From the NCBI GenBank assembly GCA_037441675.1, contig JBBIRS010000006.1:32001-96000 (forward strand): 64,000 nucleotides of DNA. The letters run 5' to 3'. Under the pieces are notes generated by a model. That model was not told the DNA's origin. It worked only from the letters and a program-made list of their open reading frames with translations, and did not search any database. Made by a program: the position numbers and the translations under genes. The DNA is from Planctomycetales bacterium (GTDB taxonomy: Bacteria > 4484-113). Position 1 is the first letter of the stretch. Each line of letters begins with the position of its first letter. Positions 1 to 10,198 of this stretch are shown here, piece by piece.

Positions 1-1008
1 GAGATTGTCAAAGAATGTATCCCTCATATGGGGTATCTTCACCGTGGCATAGAAAAAAATAGCGAGCATAAAGAATACCTGCAGATTATTCCTCTTTGGG
101 ATAGGGCGGACTATCTTTCATCAATGCATATGAGCTATCTCATAACTTATGCCGCGGAAAGCTTGATGAAAGTTGAGATACCTAAAAGGGCGGAATATAT
201 ACGAGTGATGTGTATGGAGCTTCAGAGGCTCGCTAGTCACTTAATTTGGTTTGGAACGTTCGCCCTTGATTCCGGCGCTATCACCCCGATTTTTTATGCG
301 TTCAGGGAGCGGGAGTTGGTCTTAGACCTTCTTGAGCTTGCAAGCGGTGCAAGGTTACTTTACAACTACATTCGTCCTGGTGGAGTGCGGATGGATGTTA
401 ACCGAGAGTTTTTACACCGTCTTGATAAATTCTTGATTCATTTCCAAGATTACCTTGATGAATACGAAGAGCTTTACACAGGCAATGCCATTTTCATAAA
501 TCGTGCCAAGGACGTTGGTGTTCTAACTAAGGAAGAAGCGATAAGTTGGGGTGCAAGTGGCCCAGTTCTAAGGGGGAGTGGAGTTAAATGGGACATAAGA
601 AAAGATGAGCCTTATTCCATTTATGAAGAATTTGATTTTGACATCCCAGTTGGGCAGAAGGGTGATGTTCTAGATAGATACAATGTGAGATTTTTCGAAA
701 TGCGCCAGTCTCACAGAATACTTAGGCAAGCTTTGGATGGTTTCCCGGAGGGGAAATACACAGCGCGTGTTCCAACTTCAATTAAGCCTGAGAAAGGAGA
801 GGTTTACGTTCGCATAGAAAGCCCAAGGGGTGAGCTTGGTTGTTACCTTGTTAGCGACGGTGGCAAAATTCCATACCGGCTCCACGTGCGTGCTCCTTCT
901 TTTGTCAATCTATCCGCGCTTGACACAATGCTTAGGGGGCACCTGATAGCGGATGTGGTGTTAATTCTGGGAAGTATTGATATTGTAGTGGGTGATATTG
1001 ACAGATGA
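1..1008 (+). CDS. nuoD: NADH-quinone oxidoreductase subunit D (5'-partial)
   Basis: Frame open from base 1. GYLHRGIEK, ESPRGELG and C-terminal SIDIVVGDIDR motifs. Confidence 0.95.
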   Translation, partial: EIVKECIPHMGYLHRGIEKNSEHKEYLQIIPLWDRADYLSSMHMSYLITYAAESLMKVEIPKRAEYIRVMCMELQRLASHLIWFGTFALDSGAITPIFYAFRERELVLDLLELASGARLLYNYIRPGGVRMDVNREFLHRLDKFLIHFQDYLDEYEELYTGNAIFINRAKDVGVLTKEEAISWGASGPVLRGSGVKWDIRKDEPYSIYEEFDFDIPVGQKGDVLDRYNVRFFEMRQSHRILRQALDGFPEGKYTARVPTSIKPEKGEVYVRIESPRGELGCYLVSDGGKIPYRLHVRAPSFVNLSALDTMLRGHLIADVVLILGSIDIVVGDIDR

Positions 1009-2345
1009 GCGGGAGTGCCTTTACACCAAGGACTTATACTATCTGGGAAGACTTCCGACTCTGGTTAATGCACGCGGGTTTACCCTACGAACTTGCCGAT
1101 GCTTTGATGTTAATCGTGACTTTTACCGTCATTCTCATCTTTATTTTGGTTCTCGTTCTTGGACTGGTTTTATTGGAACGCAAGTTTCTAGGTTGGCTTC
1201 AAATCAGACCCGGCCCAAATAGAGTTGGACCTTGGGGCCTCCTACAGACCGTTGCTGATGCAATTAAGCTCCTTCTAAAGGAAGACATTATTCCAATGAA
1301 TGCGGATAAGCCTACTTTCGTGCTAGCTCCAATTGTAATGTTCATTCCCGCGCTGTTGTCACTAGTGGTAATTCCTCTTGGTGTTGCCAACATTAATGGC
1401 AGATATTCATACATAGTAGCACAGGATCTGGACATCGGGCTTGCCTACCTCCTTGCAATTTCGTCTGTGGGAGTTATTGGAATAATAATGGGAGGCTGGG
1501 CAAGCAACAACAAGTATTCCCTATACGGCGCAATGCGCTCAGTTGCCCAACTTATCAGCTACGAAGTTCCAATGGTTCTAGCTCTAGTATCTGTGGCTCT
1601 TTACGCTGGAAGTTTAAGGCTTATTGACATAATTCATGCCCAGCAAAGTATCTTCGCTCTAATTCCGCTATTCCCAGCTTTTATAATTTTCCTTATAGCT
1701 GGGGTGGCGGAAACGAACCGTGCTCCCTTTGACTTACCAGAAGCGGAAAGTGAACTTGTCGGTGGTTTTCACACCGAATATTCAGGAATGAAGTTTGCCC
1801 TCTTCTTCCTGGCTGAGTATATCAACATGTTTACCGTCAGCGCTCTAATCACAGTCTGCTTTCTTGGAGGTTGGAAAGGTCCCGCATTTCTAGGGCAAAA
1901 CCTTCTATGGCTGTCATCGCTCTTCTGGTTCTTCTTAAAAGTCTTCTTCTTCCTACTCGCGTTCATTTGGTTTAGAGGGACTTTCCCGAGAATCAGGGTT
2001 GACCAAATGATGCACTTCGCCTGGAAATTCCTCATCCCAGTAGCGATTTTCCAACTTCTGATCGTTGCATGGGGAGTGGCTTACAGGAATCCAATTATGA
2101 GTGGTGGTTACATCCCTAAGATTAGCGTTAAGGACATTTGGGATCCAAAGGATTACACCGGTTTCACTGAGTTTACGCGCACTTCTCTTCCTTCAGCCTT
2201 AAGAATGTTAAACGATTCTGAGATGGTTACGTTTCTTATTTCGGTGATTGGATTTATCTTGTTGATTTTGTTTATTGGAGGACTCTTTTACAGAACATTA
2301 AAGGGATTTGCTCCTAGCAAAACTATTTTTCAGGAGAAGCCATAG
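1005..2345 (+). CDS. nuoH: NADH-quinone oxidoreductase subunit H, with C-terminal extension
   Basis: ERK..QIRPGPNRVGPWGLLQ, ETNRAPFDLPEAESELVGGFHTEYSG and FPRIRVDQ motifs. Confidence 0.95.
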   Translation: MSGSAFTPRTYTIWEDFRLWLMHAGLPYELADALMLIVTFTVILIFILVLVLGLVLLERKFLGWLQIRPGPNRVGPWGLLQTVADAIKLLLKEDIIPMNADKPTFVLAPIVMFIPALLSLVVIPLGVANINGRYSYIVAQDLDIGLAYLLAISSVGVIGIIMGGWASNNKYSLYGAMRSVAQLISYEVPMVLALVSVALYAGSLRLIDIIHAQQSIFALIPLFPAFIIFLIAGVAETNRAPFDLPEAESELVGGFHTEYSGMKFALFFLAEYINMFTVSALITVCFLGGWKGPAFLGQNLLWLSSLFWFFLKVFFFLLAFIWFRGTFPRIRVDQMMHFAWKFLIPVAIFQLLIVAWGVAYRNPIMSGGYIPKISVKDIWDPKDYTGFTEFTRTSLPSALRMLNDSEMVTFLISVIGFILLILFIGGLFYRTLKGFAPSKTIFQEKP

Positions 2346-2350
2346 TAAAT

Positions 2351-3427
2351 ATGATAAGAAAGAACAACAACGACCAAAATATATTGAGTGATGATGCTCT
2401 TGGAAAGGAGCAGATGATCCACTTGTACTTTACTGAGCAGGTTCCCGTATGGTTTAAGCTCTTCTCTTTTCTTGCTTTTGCATGGTTTTTTCTTGTTTAC
2501 GTTCAAGCAAGGTACTTTGGTCTTTTTGAAGGCGTTCTGGAGCTTCCCACATCCGCTAAAGCTATTTTTTCCTTTTACACATTGATGCCTCTGCTTCTTG
2601 TTTCCTATGTTGTAGTGGTCTTTTACTGGTGGTTAGCCCATGTTATGCAAAATTTTTCAGAATGGGGTAGGGATAAACTTTGGGCACGAGTCTTTTGGTT
2701 CATAACCCTTTCTGTTATCACATTTATTCTAATTGATCCTTTTGATAAAATTCTCAAGCTTCTTGCCAGAGTAGAGTTAAAGTACATCCCGGGCATTGGT
2801 GAGATTAACCCGTTAAACTGGGTCTTTTTCGCCGTTCTCACCTACTTAACTATCCTTCTAACTTGGCATTATCTAAAGATAGCCTGGGACATATCAGTGA
2901 AAAAACTGAAGGAATGGTGGGAGAACGCAGTTAGCATACCTTTGGGATTAAAGATTACGCTAATTCACCTTTTTCGTCCGAATTTCACCTTCTACTATCC
3001 TGAGCAAAAGAGAGAGATTCCCGACTACTTCCGGGGAAGACACATTCTAGATTTTGATGAGACGGGAGAACATCTATGCATCTCCTGCAAGGCGTGTGAG
3101 AGAATTTGCCCTGATAGACTCATTTTGATTAGCTACGTAAAGAATCCTGAGACAAAGAAGTTGGAGTTAACAGGTTTCCTCCTGGATAATGCAAGATGCA
3201 GTTTTTGTGGACTATGTGAAGATGTGTGTCCAACTGGTGCAGTTAGACACACGGATGAATTCGCATATTCAGTTGAAGACAGGGGAGATCTTATCTTAGA
3301 CCTATTGGCGGAGTACCGTGAAAGAAGCCTTCCGCTTAGAATGAAACGGGCAAAGGAAAAGGAGCAGGAAAAAGTGGCTCAAATTGCCGGACATCCGACA
3401 ATAGCAAATATAGATGCTTCATCTTAA
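2351..3427 (+). CDS. nuoI: NuoI (2x[4Fe-4S]) fused to an N-terminal membrane domain
   Basis: YPEQKR..FRGRH, CISCKACERICP and CSFCGLCEDVCP. About 190 aa of hydrophobic sequence precede the core. Confidence 0.88.
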   Translation: MIRKNNNDQNILSDDALGKEQMIHLYFTEQVPVWFKLFSFLAFAWFFLVYVQARYFGLFEGVLELPTSAKAIFSFYTLMPLLLVSYVVVVFYWWLAHVMQNFSEWGRDKLWARVFWFITLSVITFILIDPFDKILKLLARVELKYIPGIGEINPLNWVFFAVLTYLTILLTWHYLKIAWDISVKKLKEWWENAVSIPLGLKITLIHLFRPNFTFYYPEQKREIPDYFRGRHILDFDETGEHLCISCKACERICPDRLILISYVKNPETKKLELTGFLLDNARCSFCGLCEDVCPTGAVRHTDEFAYSVEDRGDLILDLLAEYRERSLPLRMKRAKEKEQEKVAQIAGHPTIANIDASS

Positions 3428-3445
3428 AATATTCCCGTTTCGGTT

Positions 3446-3952
3446 ATGAGTGCTCAAACTTTACTAATTATTTATTGGTGGATATTCACATTAGCTATTG
3501 TCTTTGGGTCAATAGGAACAGTTAGTTTCAGAAGCCTATACCATTCCGCCCTTTCTCTAATCACTGCACTCGCGGGAGTAGCAGGATACTTCCTCTTACT
3601 AAACGCTGAGTTTCTAGCCGCTGCGCAAGTAATAATTTACATCGGAGCAGTTATGGTTCTAGTGATATCCGCAGTACTTGTAGCTCAAAACTTAATGGGG
3701 CAAGAAATTACTCAGACGAATCGGCTCGTACTCCCTGCACTAATTGGCGCTGGAACTTTGTTTTTGCTGATGGTTGGAGCTGTCGTACTTACCGGGTTCG
3801 TTTTTGAGCCTCAATCCTACGCCCTAAAGAGTAACGTAAAGCAGATTGGATGGAGTTTAATGTCCACTTATGTTTTACCATTTGAGATTGCAAGCGTACT
3901 TCTATTTATGGCTTTAATGGGTGCTATTGTTCTTGCGCGAAAGGATGATTAG
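3446..3952 (+). CDS. nuoJ: NADH-quinone oxidoreductase subunit J
   Basis: LNAEFLAAAQVIIYIGAVMVL and YVLPFEIASVLL motifs; operon position. Confidence 0.93.
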   Translation: MSAQTLLIIYWWIFTLAIVFGSIGTVSFRSLYHSALSLITALAGVAGYFLLLNAEFLAAAQVIIYIGAVMVLVISAVLVAQNLMGQEITQTNRLVLPALIGAGTLFLLMVGAVVLTGFVFEPQSYALKSNVKQIGWSLMSTYVLPFEIASVLLFMALMGAIVLARKDD

Positions 3953-3955
3953 ACT

Positions 3956-4408
3956 ATGGTTCTATACCTTCTAATTCTTTTACAGGAAACAGGAAAAGAA
4001 GCATATACAATTCTTGAGGCGGTTAAACTACTTCCCGATTTTCTACACTCCTTCTTCATAGAGTTTGGCCCAAGGCAGTTCTTTACAGTTTCAGCCTTTA
4101 TGTTCTGCGTTGGCTTTTACGGTGTTATCGTAAGAAAGAATGCCATCGCTGTGCTAATGTCCACAGAATTGATGCTCAACAGCGTGAATGTTCTTTTTGT
4201 TGCGTTTAACCGCTGGTGGGGAATGAAACTTACCCGTGCTGCTTTTACAAGTATTGAGAATGTTTATTCTCCCGTTGGGCAAATATTTGCTATATTCGTA
4301 ATTATAGTTGCCGCGGCGGAAGCTGCGGTGGGTCTAGCTATAATTCTTGCTCTGTATCGCGTTCGCAAATCCGCAAACGTTGAAGATGTCAACCTAATGA
4401 GATGGTAA
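3956..4408 (+). CDS. nuoK: NADH-quinone oxidoreductase subunit K
   Basis: LMSTELMLNSVN and AAAEAAVGLAII motifs. Confidence 0.93.
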   Translation: MVLYLLILLQETGKEAYTILEAVKLLPDFLHSFFIEFGPRQFFTVSAFMFCVGFYGVIVRKNAIAVLMSTELMLNSVNVLFVAFNRWWGMKLTRAAFTSIENVYSPVGQIFAIFVIIVAAAEAAVGLAIILALYRVRKSANVEDVNLMRW

Positions 4409-6612
4409 TGGAAGGTCTTTTTCACAGCTTGGTTCTTCTCATTCCCGCCCTACCTCTTTTCTCTTTCATTTTCATAATCCTTTTAGGGATTTATATCAAA
4501 GACAGGGCATCTCACTTAATAGCTACCTGGGCAATGATGGTGACTATCGTCCTAGCACTTTTTATCTTTTACGAAAAAATCACTGGAAAAGTAACGGAGC
4601 ACTTCGTTGCCTCTTGGGAGTGGGTGAGGGTAGGTGATCTTAGCATTCCTTTTGCCATTTACATAGACAACGTTGCGTCACTAACCCTTGTAATGGTTAC
4701 AATTACCGCTGGGATGATTCACCTTTTCAGTCAAGGGTATATGAAAGGTCAGGTGCGTTACAGCAGGTTCTTCGCGCTCATCTCTTTATTCACCTTTGCA
4801 ATGCTCGGCGCAGTGATTGCAGACCATCTCATCAATTTCTACATTTTCTGGGAAGTAATGGGTTTCTGCAGTTATGCTCTCATTGGCTTTTACTTTGAGA
4901 AGAGAAGCGCGCAACTTGCGATGAAGAAAGCCTTTATAGTGACACGTATTGGCGATGTGGGAATGTTACTAGGGATTGTTCTGCTTTACTTCACAACTGG
5001 AACAGTGCGCTTCTCAGAGATGCCTTCCGCCTTTCTTCAGGGAGAGGTCTCTCTGCCGATGAGCTTAATAACTGCCATAGGACTGCTTCTATTTATGGGT
5101 GCGGTGGGTAAGAGCGCGCAATTCCCACTCCACGTATGGCTCCCAGACGCGATGGAAGGTCCAACTCCAGTTTCCGCTCTCATTCACGCCGCGACAATGG
5201 TTTCCGCAGGAGTTTATTTCATAGTCAGAATTTATCCTATCATCTCCGCAAGTGAAATCACACTTTTGGTTGTTGCTGTCATCGGGGGGATTACCGCGTT
5301 TATAACCGCGCTTGTAGGCTTAGTGATGAAAGATATTAAACGTGTCCTCGCATACTCTACGATGAGTCAGCTTGGCTTTATGTTTTTAGCTCTAGGCTCA
5401 TTGGGTTACAGTGCTGGCGTGTTTCATCTGCTCAATCAAGCATACTTCAAAGCGGGACTATTTTTAGGGGCTGGTTCAGTAATTATGGCTCTTCATCACG
5501 AACAGGATATGCGTAGAATGGGTGGGCTTAAAGCTCTTATGCCTATAACATATGTTACCTTTTTGGCTTGCAGTCTTTCACTTATGGGCATCCCACCATT
5601 TAGTGGCTTCTGGAGCAAGGATGAGGTGCTTTCAAGTGTGTTTGCACGCGCGGTAGAAATTGGAGGGCTTTATCCATTTCTCTTCGTTCTTGGCGAGTTG
5701 ACAGCACTGATTACAGCGCTCTATATGACACGTCTTTTAATTCTTTCATTTGCAGGAACTTGCCGATTTGTTGCCCCACCTCCCCCAGACTACTTGTTTG
5801 ATAAGGAGCGGTTAAATAGACAACAAGTCGAATGGGAAATTAAGAAATATGGGAAGAGCCTAGGAGGATTAGCTACGCTGTATCAAGAAGAACCAGCGGC
5901 ATCCTCTGCTACTCCAGATGGAGGCGGTAATATGAAGCTGGAGTTGACTAAAGAGCTGACCTCAAACATTGGCTCTCATCATGAATCTCATTCCCAGCCA
6001 GCACATCTTCCTAAAGAGTCCCCATGGGTTGTTTGCACCGCACTAATTGTGCTTGCTTTCTTTGCGACATTTTTCGGCTTTATCGGCGCTAGTCCGATTA
6101 GCATTCACCTCTGGCACAAGCTTGTTCACTTCGGAGAACTCCACGAATCGGTTAACTATCTAGTTCTAGCCATATCAACGATAATGGCTTTTTCAGGTCT
6201 GGTGATTGGTTATCTTATCTGGGGGCTTAAAGTCTCATTTTTCCTAAAGGCATATAATCATCCCTGGATTAAAGCAGTTGAGCACGTACTAATAAATAAA
6301 TACTTTTTTGACGATTTCTATGAGGGTTACATTGTCAAACCGGTCGTTTGGCTCGCTAAGGCATTCTGGGCATTTGACATCCGGGTTGTTGATATGCTTG
6401 TAAACGTGGTGGGTTCAGGCGCAAAACTCTTCGCTTACGCCTATGCCTGGTTTGACTTATGGGTTGTTGATGGGCTCGTAAATCTTGCTGGTTATATTTG
6501 GCTTGGAATTAAGTGGTTAATACGCCCAATGCAAAGCGGGTATCTTCAACACTATATGCTCTTAATACTGATCTGGGCAATAATTCTCTTTGTTTATCGT
6601 TATCTATTTTGA
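4402..6612 (+). CDS. nuoL: NADH-quinone oxidoreductase subunit L
   Basis: GKSAQFPLHVWLPDAMEGPTPVSALIHAATMV, AYSTMSQLG and GFWSKDE motifs. Confidence 0.96.
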   Translation: MVMEGLFHSLVLLIPALPLFSFIFIILLGIYIKDRASHLIATWAMMVTIVLALFIFYEKITGKVTEHFVASWEWVRVGDLSIPFAIYIDNVASLTLVMVTITAGMIHLFSQGYMKGQVRYSRFFALISLFTFAMLGAVIADHLINFYIFWEVMGFCSYALIGFYFEKRSAQLAMKKAFIVTRIGDVGMLLGIVLLYFTTGTVRFSEMPSAFLQGEVSLPMSLITAIGLLLFMGAVGKSAQFPLHVWLPDAMEGPTPVSALIHAATMVSAGVYFIVRIYPIISASEITLLVVAVIGGITAFITALVGLVMKDIKRVLAYSTMSQLGFMFLALGSLGYSAGVFHLLNQAYFKAGLFLGAGSVIMALHHEQDMRRMGGLKALMPITYVTFLACSLSLMGIPPFSGFWSKDEVLSSVFARAVEIGGLYPFLFVLGELTALITALYMTRLLILSFAGTCRFVAPPPPDYLFDKERLNRQQVEWEIKKYGKSLGGLATLYQEEPAASSATPDGGGNMKLELTKELTSNIGSHHESHSQPAHLPKESPWVVCTALIVLAFFATFFGFIGASPISIHLWHKLVHFGELHESVNYLVLAISTIMAFSGLVIGYLIWGLKVSFFLKAYNHPWIKAVEHVLINKYFFDDFYEGYIVKPVVWLAKAFWAFDIRVVDMLVNVVGSGAKLFAYAYAWFDLWVVDGLVNLAGYIWLGIKWLIRPMQSGYLQHYMLLILIWAIILFVYRYLF

Positions 6613-6628
6613 AAATTAAGGAATAACT

Positions 6629-8260
6629 ATGTCACTTGGCGGTCAGATTCTTATCTTTCTTATGAATCCGATAAACGTTTGTATCTTCGTTCCATTCCTC
6701 GGTGCAATCATTCTAATGACAGTCAATCACAAGCAAGAGAAGCTAATCCGCACCCTTGCTCTTCTCTTCACCCTAATACCTTTTATCATTTCACTTGGTT
6801 TATGGTTTGGAACTTGGAGTTTTCTTGGGCTCAAATTCCCAGCAGGCTTTTTTGGAGAGTTAATGCGTTTATGGGGAAAGTTTGTTCCTACCTTGCAGGG
6901 TGGATTCAACTACTTCCTTGACATTCCTTGGATTGAAATTCTTCGCATTCACTATATTGTTGGGCTGGATGGTCTCTCTTTCCCACTTTTTATTCTGACC
7001 ACATTCTTAAGCTTACTTGCCTGCATCGCAAGTTTTGGTATCAAAGAAAGAGTGAAGGAATACTTCGTTCTATATCTAATCCTCGTAGGCGGAATGCTTG
7101 GTGTTTTCGCGGCTTTGGATTACTTCCTCTTCTACCTATTTTGGGAAGTATCCCTAGTACCAATGTACTTTCTCATCGGGATATGGGGCGGTCCAAGGAA
7201 GGAGTATGCAGCAATTAAGTTCTTCATTTACACGCTCTTTGGAAGCGTGTTTATGCTAATTAGCATTATCGCAATGTTCCTTTACAGTGGGGTAGGGAGT
7301 TTCTCAATTGTGGAACTGCAAAACGCGGAAGGGTTAGTTATTCAACCAATTTTCGTGCGCACACTTATTTTCTTAGGATTCTGGCTTGCTTTCTCTATCA
7401 AAATACCACTCTTTCCTTTTCATACCTGGCTTCCAGACGCGCACGTGGAAGCGCCAACCCCAATATCGGTTGTCCTAGCGGCAATTCTTCTGAAAATGGG
7501 AGGATACGGCTACTTAAGGGTTCTTTATCCGACATACCCAGATGTTGCGTATGTTTTAGGTGCTTTTATTGGTGTCCTTGCAGTTATCAGCATCATCTAC
7601 GGCGCGCTGGTTGCTATGGTTCAGCCCGACCTTAAGAAACTCGTTGCCTACTCCTCTGTTTCACATATGGGTTTTGTTACTCTTGGAATAGTCAGCATGA
7701 ATCCTGACGGCATTTCAGGCGCGGTAATGCTAATGCTAGCTCATGGTTTAACCACCGGAGCACTGTTCCTTCTGGTTGGCGTCATATATGACCGCACCCA
7801 TACTCGCCTAATCGCAGAGCTAGGTGGTTTATCACTAACAATGCCCAGGTTTGCCTTCAATATGTTTGTTTGCGCCTTTGGTTCTCTGGGGCTTCCAGGT
7901 CTAGTAGGATTCTGGGGTGAATTCTTGATAATTAAAGGTGCGTTCACCGCCAATGAAGCTTGGCAGAGGGTTATCGCCTGGGGTATAAACGGCGAAACTT
8001 TAATGCGAATCTTTGCGGTTTGTGCGGTTATTGGCATTATTCTCACCGCTGGATATATCCTCTGGATGCTGGAGCGGGTAATGCTGGGTAGAGAGCATCC
8101 CCGTTGGATTGGCTTGCCAGATATGATTACGAGAGAGTACTTAGCACTGGTTCCGATTACTATTCTTGTAGTAGCGTTTGGCGTCTATCCAAGACCGGTA
8201 ATGGAATTGTTCAGCTTTTATTCCACTGAACTTGCCCGATACCTCACATCCGTGGTATAA
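6629..8260 (+). CDS. nuoM: NADH-quinone oxidoreductase subunit M
   Basis: FWEVSLVPMYFLIGIWGG, PFHTWLPDAHVEAPT and AYSSVSHMG motifs. Confidence 0.96.
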   Translation: MSLGGQILIFLMNPINVCIFVPFLGAIILMTVNHKQEKLIRTLALLFTLIPFIISLGLWFGTWSFLGLKFPAGFFGELMRLWGKFVPTLQGGFNYFLDIPWIEILRIHYIVGLDGLSFPLFILTTFLSLLACIASFGIKERVKEYFVLYLILVGGMLGVFAALDYFLFYLFWEVSLVPMYFLIGIWGGPRKEYAAIKFFIYTLFGSVFMLISIIAMFLYSGVGSFSIVELQNAEGLVIQPIFVRTLIFLGFWLAFSIKIPLFPFHTWLPDAHVEAPTPISVVLAAILLKMGGYGYLRVLYPTYPDVAYVLGAFIGVLAVISIIYGALVAMVQPDLKKLVAYSSVSHMGFVTLGIVSMNPDGISGAVMLMLAHGLTTGALFLLVGVIYDRTHTRLIAELGGLSLTMPRFAFNMFVCAFGSLGLPGLVGFWGEFLIIKGAFTANEAWQRVIAWGINGETLMRIFAVCAVIGIILTAGYILWMLERVMLGREHPRWIGLPDMITREYLALVPITILVVAFGVYPRPVMELFSFYSTELARYLTSVV

Positions 8261-8681
8261 AGTTCACCTTATAAGTGTTTAATAGAGCTGAACTTTTAAC
8301 TATCTCTTCCAAACGCCAAATATTTCAAGCACGGAATGATCCGTCTTATGTTGCGGTCTGATATTATTGATCCAACATCATAATCTTTATAAGCCAAATA
8401 TTTGCGCTTAAGCATTCTAGATTGCTGCGTTCGTGAATTTAAGAATGTTCAATAAAGCAAATTTATAAGGGAAGGAATATTTTCTCTTAAATATCTTGAC
8501 TTTAACATAAAAAATGTGAGAAAATATTTATTTGCGAATTAATAAGGATAATCTCGCGCATTTTCAGTTTGATTTACACGTTAACGGTGAGGAGTATTAA
8601 ACCTCCGAAAGGTGTAAAAACGTGAGGCGAGTCGGTATCATTTTACGAAACGAATAATCAATATGTATTTAGGAGAAAGAA

Positions 8682-9878
8682 ATGGCAAGACAGAAATTTG
8701 AGCGAACAAAACCACACATGAATGTCGGAACCATTGGTCACGTAGATCATGGAAAAACTACGTTAACTGCCGCCATTACTAAGGTTCTAGAAAAGAAGAA
8801 GATGGCGAAGTTTGTTTCTTTTGACGAGATTGACAAAGCTCCTGAAGAGAAAGAACGCGGTATTACCATCCAGCTGGCACATGTGGAATATGAAACTGAG
8901 AAGCGCCACTACGCGCACGTTGATTGTCCTGGGCATAAGGACTACATAAAGAATATGATCACTGGTGCTGCTCAGATGGATGGGGCAATTTTAGTTGTTT
9001 CTGCGGCTGATGGTGCGATGCCTCAAACCCGTGAGCACATTCTACTCGCCCGACAGGTTGGTGTTCCATCTATAATAGTTTTCTTAAACAAGGTAGATTT
9101 GGTTGATGATCCGGAGCTTGTTGACTTAGCTGAGGAGGACGTGCGGGAGCTTCTCACGAAGTATGGTTTTCCTGGAAACGAAATTCCAGTGGTTCGTGGT
9201 TCCGCCTTGAAGGCTTTGGAAACTGATGGTAACCCGCACCCCGATAACGAATGCATTACCCAACTACTTGACGCAATGGACTCTTATTTTCCAGACCCAG
9301 TACGGGATATTGATAAACCCTTCTTGCTCGCAGTTGAAGACGTATTTTCAATCACGGGTCGTGGAACTGTTGCTACAGGTAGAGTAGAACGTGGCAAAAT
9401 CAGAGTAGGAGAGGAAGTGGAAATAGTTGGTCTCACTCACGAGAGGAGAAAGACTGTCGTAACCGGTGTGGAAATGTTCCGTAAAACTTTGGATGAAGGT
9501 ATAGCGGGTGATAATATTGGCGTGTTATTACGAGGAATTGAAAGAACAGGTATCGAACGTGGGCAGGTTATCGCCGCTCCTGGAACTATCAATCCTCACA
9601 CGAAATTTAACGCGAAAGTTTACGTGTTGAAGAAGGAAGAGGGCGGTCGCCATAAACCGTTCTTCAGCGGTTATCGTCCTCAGTTTTATATGCGAACCAC
9701 CGACGTTACGGGTACTATTAAACTTCCCGACGGCAAGGAAATGGTCCTTCCCGGTGATGAAGTGGAACTCACAGCTGAGCTTATTGCGCCGGTCGCTATT
9801 GAAGAAGGTATGAGATTTGCCATTCGCGAAGGTGGAAGAACCATTGGTGCAGGTGTTGTTACGAAGATAATTGAGTAG
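8682..9878 (+). CDS. tuf: Elongation factor Tu
   Basis: [18 protein letters not shown] and [10 protein letters not shown] motifs; SD AGGAG. Confidence 0.99.
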   Translation: MARQKFERTKPHMNVGTIGHVDHGKTTLTAAITKVLEKKKMAKFVSFDEIDKAPEEKERGITIQLAHVEYETEKRHYAHVDCPGHKDYIKNMITGAAQMDGAILVVSAADGAMPQTREHILLARQVGVPSIIVFLNKVDLVDDPELVDLAEEDVRELLTKYGFPGNEIPVVRGSALKALETDGNPHPDNECITQLLDAMDSYFPDPVRDIDKPFLLAVEDVFSITGRGTVATGRVERGKIRVGEEVEIVGLTHERRKTVVTGVEMFRKTLDEGIAGDNIGVLLRGIERTGIERGQVIAAPGTINPHTKFNAKVYVLKKEEGGRHKPFFSGYRPQFYMRTTDVTGTIKLPDGKEMVLPGDEVELTAELIAPVAIEEGMRFAIREGGRTIGAGVVTKIIE

Positions 9879-9883
9879 TTTTA

Positions 9884-10066
9884 ATGCCAGAGGTAAAAGC
9901 TAAATCAAAGAAGGAAAAGCGCGTCCTAGTTATTCTTGTCTGTTCGGAGTGCAAGTCAAGGAACTATTACACAAGGAGAAACCGAGCCAATAATCCTAAC
10001 AAGATGGAGCTTAAGAAGTATTGCCAATTCTGCAGAAAGCACACGCTACATACGGAAACAAAATAG
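9884..10066 (+). CDS. rpmG: 50S ribosomal protein L33 (Zn-binding form)
   Basis: [24 protein letters not shown]; position after tuf. Confidence 0.95.
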   Translation: MPEVKAKSKKEKRVLVILVCSECKSRNYYTRRNRANNPNKMELKKYCQFCRKHTLHTETK

Positions 10067-10125
10067 GGTCTTAGCTTATGTTGAATAAAGTGTGGGGTGA
10101 TGTGGTAGTAAATTGTGGCGGGATT

Positions 10126-10198
10126 AGGCCCATAGCTCAAGTGGTAGAGCATTGGTCTCCAAAACCAAAGGTTGTCGGTTCGAGTCCGGCTGGGCCTG
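10126..10198 (+). tRNA. tRNA-Trp (CCA)
   Basis: Cloverleaf: acceptor AGGCCCA/TGGGCCT, D stem GCTC/GAGC, anticodon arm TTGGT-CTCCAAA-ACCAA, T loop TTCGAGT. 3' CCA not encoded. Canonical position between rpmG and secE. Confidence 0.97.

Noticed and set aside
8260..8298. Possible terminator after nuoM (AAGTTCA...TGAACTT-TT)
   Set aside because: AT-rich imperfect stem with a long loop; too weak to call.
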